A stretch of DNA of 50,216 nucleotides, from contig CAWVZQ010000001.1 of the NCBI GenBank assembly GCA_963934405.1, forward strand, positions 1 to 50,216, written 5' to 3'. Positions 44,458 through 50,216 of this stretch are shown here, piece by piece. The position numbers and the translations under genes are program-made. The stretch's first letter is position 1, and every line of letters begins with the position of its first letter. The notes under the pieces were generated by a model. It saw only the letters and a program-made list of their open reading frames with translations, was not told the DNA's origin and ran no database searches. This DNA is from an uncultured Opitutales bacterium (lineage in GTDB: Bacteria; Verrucomicrobiota; Verrucomicrobiia; Opitutales; Seribacteraceae).

Positions 44458-45252
44458 ATGGTTCATATTCCTCCTCCACTGGAGATTCACGACCTCACGG
44501 TTTCCTATGATCGCAAGCCAGTCCTTTATGGTGTGGATGTCGTTGTTGAGGCTGGATCGTTGGTCGGCGTGGTAGGGCCGAACGGGGCTGGTAAGTCTAC
44601 CCTGATCAAGACCATCATGGGCATCGTGCAGCCTAATGGCGGATGGGTGAAGATCTTTGGCCAACCATACAGGAAAGCAGTCACGCGTGTCGGTTACGTT
44701 CCACAGCGCGAATCGGTAGATTGGGACTTTCCCGTGAGCGTTATGGACGTTGTTCTCATGGGACGATATGGCCATGCCGGGCTCATGCGGCGAGTCAGTA
44801 AGCGAGATCGCCGGATTGCTTCCGAATGTTTGGACAAAGTGAATATGCAGCCTTTTTCAGATCGCCAGATTGGCAATCTCTCGGGCGGGCAGCAGCAGCG
44901 TGTCTTTCTTGCCCGAGCTCTTGCCCAGGAGAGCGACCTTTATCTTATGGACGAACCTTTTGCCGGTGTAGACGCCGCTACCGAGACAGCGATTGTGGAG
45001 TTGTTGCGAGATCTGAAGGAGCGGGGCAAAACCCTGATCGTAGTCCATCACGATCTTTCCTCTGCCCGCGAATATTTTGATAAGCTCATGCTGCTCAACA
45101 TGCGACTTGTGGCTTATGGGGAAATGGAGGAAACCTTCACTCCCGATCTTTTGCAAAAAACCTACGGAGGTCGTCTCACCATCCTGTCGGACGTCGCCGG
45201 CCAAGCGGCTGGTCGCTCGGAGTTCGAGCAAGAAGGCAATCCCAAGCTATAA
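44458..45252 (+). CDS. Metal ABC transporter ATP-binding protein (TroB/ZnuC-like)
   Basis: Walker A 'GPNGAGKST', 'GYVPQRESVDWDFP', 'LSGGQQQRVFLARAL', 'LYLMDEPFAGVD'. Confidence 0.9.
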   Translation: MVHIPPPLEIHDLTVSYDRKPVLYGVDVVVEAGSLVGVVGPNGAGKSTLIKTIMGIVQPNGGWVKIFGQPYRKAVTRVGYVPQRESVDWDFPVSVMDVVLMGRYGHAGLMRRVSKRDRRIASECLDKVNMQPFSDRQIGNLSGGQQQRVFLARALAQESDLYLMDEPFAGVDAATETAIVELLRDLKERGKTLIVVHHDLSSAREYFDKLMLLNMRLVAYGEMEETFTPDLLQKTYGGRLTILSDVAGQAAGRSEFEQEGNPKL

Positions 45253-46749
45253 ATGAAGGTTCCACGAATAAGCCCGGTTTTTGTATTGCTGGTCTTTTTT
45301 GCCTTTCCTGCTTCAGTTCATGCCACCCGCATCGGGGACGTGACCGATCTGGATTGGAGTGAGCAGACCTTTCGCTTCCTCAGCTTGCGTGACGCAGCCG
45401 TCCGCAATGCAGTTCTTGGTTCCGTCTTCATGGGTGTCAGTTGTGGTCTTTTCGGCGGCTATGTGGTTGCCCGACGTTTGGCATTGTTCGGCGACACCTT
45501 GTCGCACGCGGTGCTCCCGGGAGTTGCTCTCGGCTTCCTTTGGAGTCGCACGAAAGATCCCGTGGCTATTTTTGTCGGTGCGACTGTGGCCGGTCTATTG
45601 GGAACGGTGGTGGTTGCCTGGATACGTAAAACCACAAGGGTGAAAGAGGACAGTGCCTTGGGTCTAGTGCTTTCCGGATTCTATGCCGTGGGTATTTGTA
45701 TTTTGACGGTTATTCAGGAAATGGAATTCGGTAATCAGTCCGGCATCGACAAATTTCTTTTCGGGCAAGCCGCCGCCCTTTCGTCCGCCGACGTGAGTCT
45801 GATGGGAGCAGTTGCCATAGGGACCCTGATGATGGTCACTCTTTTTAACAAGGAGCTTCTCGTAACAAGTTTTGACGAAGGCTTTGCTCGCTCCGTGGGC
45901 ATACCCGTTGAGTTTATGCGTTACATACTCCTCGTGGGTCTGACTTTTGCGGTGGTCACCTCGCTGCAGGCGGTGGGCGTTGTTCTTGTTTCCGCCCTTC
46001 TCATTACGCCTGCAGCCACTGCCTACTTGCTGACCGATCGGATGGGAACTTTGCTGTTGCTTTCGGCCCTGTTTGGGGTCGCGGGCGGATTGCTCGGTTC
46101 TTATGGCTCTTTTCTCGGCAATAATCTGCCAACGGGTCCTTTCATGGTTCTTGCCTGTACTTCTTTCTTTGTCGTCGCCTTTTTTTGCGGCCCCAAGCAT
46201 GGGTTGATCTCCAAGTGGCTAAGGCGTCGAAACCGAGTTCGCCAAGTGAGTTTTGAGAATACAATGAAGGCTGCCTATCAAGTGCTCGAGGCTGGCGATT
46301 TTTCTAAAGAATCCGTAACCGTTGGAGCTCTGGCCGCCCGGAGACGGACAAGCGTGGCCGAGGCCCGGCGAGAGGCGGATGATCTGGTGAAAGCCGGATT
46401 CGCAAGTATGCTCGATTCCGATGATGCTGGTCCTCGTTATTCCCAAGACGCCCGACTCTCCCTTACTCCCGCCGGTTGGGAACGGGCCTGCCAAATTGTT
46501 CGTAACCACCGCCTCTGGGAGCTCTACCTGACCAACGAGGCGCGCTATGCCGCCGATCACGTTCATGAGGATGCCGAAAAGATCGAGCATGTTTTGGGTG
46601 AAAAAGTCGTGCGTCATCTCGAGCGCATCCTAAAGGACCCCCGACGGGATCCTCACGGGTCACCCATCCCAAGTCTCGAGGACATAGAACGTGGTGCCGG
46701 CTTATCAACTAATCCTGCATCCGCCACAGGGTACTTCCGGCAAAATTAA
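45253..46749 (+). CDS. Metal ABC transporter permease fused to a C-terminal DtxR-like repressor domain (YtgC-YtgR-like)
   Basis: Residues ~45-320 are a TroC/ZnuB-type permease ('LALFGDTLSHAVLPG', 'LLITPAATAYLL'). Residues ~325-475 (nt ~46225-46677) carry a winged-helix-like segment plus 'RNHRLWELYL...HVHEDAEKIEHVLG...DPHGSPIP', parallel to the stand-alone repressor at 42737-43396. Confidence 0.85.
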   Translation: MKVPRISPVFVLLVFFAFPASVHATRIGDVTDLDWSEQTFRFLSLRDAAVRNAVLGSVFMGVSCGLFGGYVVARRLALFGDTLSHAVLPGVALGFLWSRTKDPVAIFVGATVAGLLGTVVVAWIRKTTRVKEDSALGLVLSGFYAVGICILTVIQEMEFGNQSGIDKFLFGQAAALSSADVSLMGAVAIGTLMMVTLFNKELLVTSFDEGFARSVGIPVEFMRYILLVGLTFAVVTSLQAVGVVLVSALLITPAATAYLLTDRMGTLLLLSALFGVAGGLLGSYGSFLGNNLPTGPFMVLACTSFFVVAFFCGPKHGLISKWLRRRNRVRQVSFENTMKAAYQVLEAGDFSKESVTVGALAARRRTSVAEARREADDLVKAGFASMLDSDDAGPRYSQDARLSLTPAGWERACQIVRNHRLWELYLTNEARYAADHVHEDAEKIEHVLGEKVVRHLERILKDPRRDPHGSPIPSLEDIERGAGLSTNPASATGYFRQN

Positions 46750-46754
46750 ACACG

Positions 46755-47738
46755 ATGCGCGAAGAGTTTTTTCCGACCTTTGACTATGGTTCCGTTTTCG
46801 TGGATCCTTGGTGGTCTGGTTTCGAGAGCACCTTCCAAGTAGTCCTAATGGGTTTTTTTGTATGCTTGGCTTGCGGTGTCATCGGAAATTTCGTGGTTGC
46901 ACGTCGTCTTGCCTTGGTGGGAGACGCCATCAGCCACAGCCTGCTGCCCGGCATTGCCATTGCCTTTGTTTTTACTTCCTCACGTTCGTTGCCTGCAATG
47001 TTGATTGGAGCTGCTGTCGCGGGTGTTCTTACCACGGTTTTGATCGAGCTGATTCACCGCAAGTCAAGGGTGAAGCCCGACGCAGCCATTGGAATCGTCT
47101 TCACTACCCTCTTTGCGGTGGGTGTGGTGATAATCAGCATTTGGCTGGACAATGTTCACCTCGATGCCGATTGCGTGCTTTATGGTGAGATCGGCCTAGT
47201 TCCATTACGGGAAAGCTTCATCTTGGGCGGAGCGAATCTTGGTCCGCTGCCAATCGCGACTATGGGCGCAGTAGCCCTGTTGGACATACTTCTAGTTATT
47301 GTTTTTTACAGGGTGCTCCTTGTCACGTCTTTCGATGCCGGGCTTGCTCGATCGCTGGGAATGCCTGTGAACACCACACATTATGGGCTTATGATTGCCT
47401 TGGCGCTTACCATTGTGGCGGCCTTCGAGGCAGTGGGAGTCGTCTTGGTCGTGGCGATGCTTATTTTCCCCGCAGTCACGGCAGGTTTCTTTTTCGAGCG
47501 TTTACCGGCATTGCTGTTTGGTGTGGCGCCTCTTTCCTTGGCATATTCCCTAGGTGGTTTTCACCTTGCCAAGTGGTTGGACTGTTCAATCGCAGGGGCT
47601 ATGGTGGTAACGGCCGGCGCATTATTTGTTGTGGCTTGGTTTTTCGGACCCAAGGGTGGCTTAGTTTATCGCTCACGCGCGCTAGGTTTCCTTTTTACCG
47701 CGTCCAAGCAGAAGATATCCCCGCAGATTGTCGACTGA
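46755..47738 (+). CDS. Metal ABC transporter permease (TroD/ZnuB-like)
   Basis: 'LALVGDAISHSLLPG', 'MLIFPAVTAGFF', multiple TM helices. Confidence 0.9.
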   Translation: MREEFFPTFDYGSVFVDPWWSGFESTFQVVLMGFFVCLACGVIGNFVVARRLALVGDAISHSLLPGIAIAFVFTSSRSLPAMLIGAAVAGVLTTVLIELIHRKSRVKPDAAIGIVFTTLFAVGVVIISIWLDNVHLDADCVLYGEIGLVPLRESFILGGANLGPLPIATMGAVALLDILLVIVFYRVLLVTSFDAGLARSLGMPVNTTHYGLMIALALTIVAAFEAVGVVLVVAMLIFPAVTAGFFFERLPALLFGVAPLSLAYSLGGFHLAKWLDCSIAGAMVVTAGALFVVAWFFGPKGGLVYRSRALGFLFTASKQKISPQIVD

Positions 47739-47841
47739 TATTCCGTCGAGGACTCTGCGGGGAACTTTTCCGTCTGCGCCTCTCTTTCTCGTTGAATTAA
47801 CCGCAAGGTTTGTTTTCCTCTGATTCACTTGAGCTAACGGT

Positions 47842-48234
47842 ATGCTACGCAAAACCTGCATTCTTCTTTCATTACTTGCCGCCCTAACGGCCGCTCGCTT
47901 GCCTCTTGGCTTTGTTCAATTGGGGTCTTGGGCCGGAATGTTTTCAGATTACGTGGAACAGACCGGATCCGTACCGGTTTCCTTGGCGTGGACATTCGAT
48001 GGGGACCATCGATGTGGCGGATGCGTTTACGTCAGTGAAGCAACTGCAGATGCTGAAGAACAGGAGAAGTCCGCAACGCTTGACTCCTCCTTCTCGAAAA
48101 TTCCATTCGCCTTGCTGGATCTACAGGTTGTCGTAGTGGAACCCTCAAAAGTTTTGGGTGACTTGGCGGAGGAGCTTTGTCTCCTGCCCCTCTCTGTTCC
48201 GGAAACTACCGTTCCGCCCCCGCGAATTTCTTAA
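47842..48234 (+). CDS. Hypothetical small secreted protein with 'DGDHRCGGC' motif
   Basis: 130-aa ORF. Signal peptide 'MLRKTCILLSLLAALTAA'. Single C-x2-C preceded by Asp/His. No recognised family. Confidence 0.45.
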   Translation: MLRKTCILLSLLAALTAARLPLGFVQLGSWAGMFSDYVEQTGSVPVSLAWTFDGDHRCGGCVYVSEATADAEEQEKSATLDSSFSKIPFALLDLQVVVVEPSKVLGDLAEELCLLPLSVPETTVPPPRIS

Positions 48235-48414
48235 GGTCCGAGCGACTTTAGGCAAGCGACTGCGGCCTTTTTTGATTTCACGGTCGCGTTTGATGTCAAC
48301 CCCCGCTCGGGAACTTTTTTTGTGCAAGGTGCGACTGCGTTCGCATGACGAGCGGGAAGGTCTACTCATCCCGAAAACCATTTCTTACTAAACAAACTTT
48401 AATTCAAACATCTA

Positions 48415-49434
48415 ATGAAAAAACTGACGACAAAACTTCTTTTCCTTGCGACATCCGTAAGTATCCTCAACGCGCATGAAGGGCCTTGGACTGCCGGTCG
48501 CCCCGATGGTCATGCCCCCATCACCGTGATGGGCGACCACATGCACGCCATGGGCGAATGGATGCTCTCCTACCGTTTCATGTCCATGGATATGGAAGGA
48601 TTGCTCGATGGTTCTTCGAGTACCACCGCTGCCGACACTGTTACGAAATATGCTGAATATTCCTCCGCAAATATGTTTACAAAGGAAATGACTATGGACA
48701 TGCACATGTTTGGTGCTATGTACGCCGTTTCCGATAAGTGGACTCTTATGGGCATGCTCAACTATCTCGACAACGACATGACCATGCAGAATGGAAGCTC
48801 CATGGAATCGAGTGGCCTTGGTGATCTCAAGTTTTCTGGCCTTTATGACCTCGCTTCTTGGAATAATGGACGCCGCGTGCATTTGAATGTCGGTATCAGT
48901 GCCCCCACCGGAGCCATCGACGAACGAAAGGCCGACGGAACAACGATTCTTCCTTATGGAATGCAGCTCGGTTCGGGCACTTGGGACTTTCTTCCAGCCC
49001 TGACTTTTCTAGGGCAAACCGACAATTATTCGTGGGGTACTCAAGTTGGCGGCGCCTTGCGCATGGGTGACAACGAACGAGACTATAGTCTTGGCAATCG
49101 TTTCGATGCTGCCCTTTTCGGAGCTCGCAAGTTGAGTGATTCATTTAGCCTATCAATCAAGTTTGATTATTTTAGCCAAAGCGAAATTGATGGTAAGGAT
49201 TCCGATATCGAAGCTCGTCGAATGGGAATGATGAACAACCCGTCTTTCGATCCAGCCTCTCAAGGTCGCGACCTCAGTACCTTTGGACTCGGTCTCAATT
49301 ACTATTGCCGAAACGGAACTTTCAAGGGTCATCGTTTGGCCGTCGAGTGGGAAACCCCGATGAGCGAGGACGTAAACGGCGTGCAACTCGAAACAGATTC
49401 CATCTGGAGCCTTGGTTGGCAGTATGCCTGGTAG
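48415..49434 (+). CDS. Outer-membrane beta-barrel protein with Met/His-rich N-terminal motif (putative metal-related channel)
   Basis: Signal peptide. 'GHAPITVMGDHMHAMGEWMLSYRFMSMDMEG' and 'MTMDMHMFGAMY'. Alternating beta-strand pattern, aromatic C-terminus 'GWQYAW'. Resembles OM 'transporter' proteins (MetA/phenol-degradation-like barrels) that I recall seeing near metal loci. Confidence 0.65.
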   Translation: MKKLTTKLLFLATSVSILNAHEGPWTAGRPDGHAPITVMGDHMHAMGEWMLSYRFMSMDMEGLLDGSSSTTAADTVTKYAEYSSANMFTKEMTMDMHMFGAMYAVSDKWTLMGMLNYLDNDMTMQNGSSMESSGLGDLKFSGLYDLASWNNGRRVHLNVGISAPTGAIDERKADGTTILPYGMQLGSGTWDFLPALTFLGQTDNYSWGTQVGGALRMGDNERDYSLGNRFDAALFGARKLSDSFSLSIKFDYFSQSEIDGKDSDIEARRMGMMNNPSFDPASQGRDLSTFGLGLNYYCRNGTFKGHRLAVEWETPMSEDVNGVQLETDSIWSLGWQYAW

Positions 49435-49476
49435 TGCTTTGCCTTGGTTTAGCTAAGGATATTCGAACAAGTCATT

Positions 49477-49515
49477 TGGGGTGGGTTAGTTGAAGCTCCT
49501 TCGCCCCATTTTTTT
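49477..49515 (+). terminator. Possible Rho-independent terminator after the OM barrel gene
   Basis: 'TGGGGTG'-18 nt-'CGCCCCA' (7-bp stem with one G:U) followed by T7. The large loop weakens the call. Confidence 0.35.
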
Positions 49516-49587
49516 ATGGCGTGCTTGAACCTTGCCATAGAGCTCTTTTTTCCTATTTTCAGAAAGTTTCCCCAATATAATAAACCC

Positions 49588-50216
49588 ATGGGTACTCAAT
49601 ATAAAAAGGTTATCAAGCGCAAGCGACGCAAAGCTTATTTGGCTCGTCGCAAGGTGGCATTAAAAGAATCCCTCCCGACCTCTAAGAAGGGACGGAAAAC
49701 TGCGGCAGCAAAGCCAAAGTCTAAACGCAAGGCGTCTCCAAAGAAGGCTGCCCCCGAGAAAGTGAAGGAAGAAGTTGTCGAGGAGGCTCTTGCCGACAAA
49801 GCCTCGGCGGTCGACATTCTGGGAGTAGATTCCGTGGAGGAGAAGGAGACTTCAGGCGAAGAGACTCAGTCTGCGGAATCGGAACCAGTAGAGGAAACTC
49901 CTGCCGAAGAGGTTGCGGCCAAAGAGGAGCCCGCCGAGGGTTCTGCCGAACAAGCCGAGCCTGAAACCGAAGAACCCGTTGCTGAGGAACCTGCCGAAGC
50001 TGAAGAATCTCCTGATTCTGAAGATTCAGACGAATCAAGTGCGGAACCCGATGCGAAAGCTGACGATGAGGGCGTTGATCAAGAGACCGCGGAAGAAGGA
50101 GATGCCGATGCAGAGGACTCCGACGACAAATCCACTTCGGATGAACCTGAAGACAATGCTGCCGCTGCCGAGGAATCCACCGAGGAGGAAGCTTCCGAAT
50201 CCGATGACGAGCCTGA
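49588..50216 (+). CDS. Hypothetical protein (3'-truncated by window): polybasic N-terminus and long acidic Glu/Asp/Ala/Pro-rich region
   Basis: Open frame from the ATG at 49588 to the window end with no stop, so it is absent from the ORF track. 'MGTQYKKVIKRKRRKAYLARRKVALK...KPKSKRKASPKK', then an 'EEPAEAEESPDSEDSDESS'-type low-complexity region. Confidence 0.5.
   Translation, partial: MGTQYKKVIKRKRRKAYLARRKVALKESLPTSKKGRKTAAAKPKSKRKASPKKAAPEKVKEEVVEEALADKASAVDILGVDSVEEKETSGEETQSAESEPVEETPAEEVAAKEEPAEGSAEQAEPETEEPVAEEPAEAEESPDSEDSDESSAEPDAKADDEGVDQETAEEGDADAEDSDDKSTSDEPEDNAAAAEESTEEEASESDDEP

Noticed and set aside
1-50216. Mobile elements, prophage or defence islands, CRISPR arrays, tRNA/rRNA genes.
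   Set aside because: I saw no transposase, integrase or recombinase motifs, no terminal inverted repeats, no short regularly spaced repeats, and no tRNA-like or rRNA-like sequence. The window looks like core or accessory chromosomal metabolism and transport.

Overview
This 50.2-kb chromosomal window is densely coding, with about 47 protein genes. I saw no rRNA, tRNA, CRISPR array, transposase or integrase. All product calls come from motifs read by eye in the supplied translations. No database search was run.

The gene content suggests the PVC superphylum (Verrucomicrobiota or Planctomycetota): a DUF1501 plus DUF1549/DUF1553 pair, sulfatases, an SHD1-tagged beta-propeller, and Gfo/Idh/MocA plus TIM-barrel sugar genes.

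Recognisable modules, in order:
- A response regulator, histidine kinase and FGE-fold lipoprotein operon.
- An active HtrA paired with a catalytically dead HtrA-like gene.
- A molybdate-type ABC importer with a tandem-domain binding protein and a MoeB/ThiF-like E1.
- A DUF3570 / ApbE / DUF4266 flavinylation cluster.
- A Pho cluster: phoB, phoR, an OprO/P-type porin and a Na/Pi cotransporter, with a Pho-box-like repeat.
- Thioredoxin-type ArsC.
- Two convergent MacB/FtsX-type ABC systems.
- Cyclophilin, an SDR, a TonB-dependent receptor and a sulfatase.
- A DtxR-regulated Tro/Ytg-type metal importer.

The most interesting items:
1. A translationally coupled four-gene operon (25547-29013). It joins an unclassifiable Cys-motif periplasmic protein, a MacB-type ABC pump and a MoaD/ThiS-like ubiquitin-fold protein.
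2. A lipoprotein (23984-25537) that fuses a duplicated, TM-less copy of the neighbouring FtsX permease's periplasmic domain to a DUF3299 domain.
3. A metal-ABC permease fused to a complete DtxR-like repressor, an architecture resembling chlamydial YtgCR.
4. A DUF3570 protein carrying a 'D-x-x-S-G-A-T' ApbE flavinylation motif.
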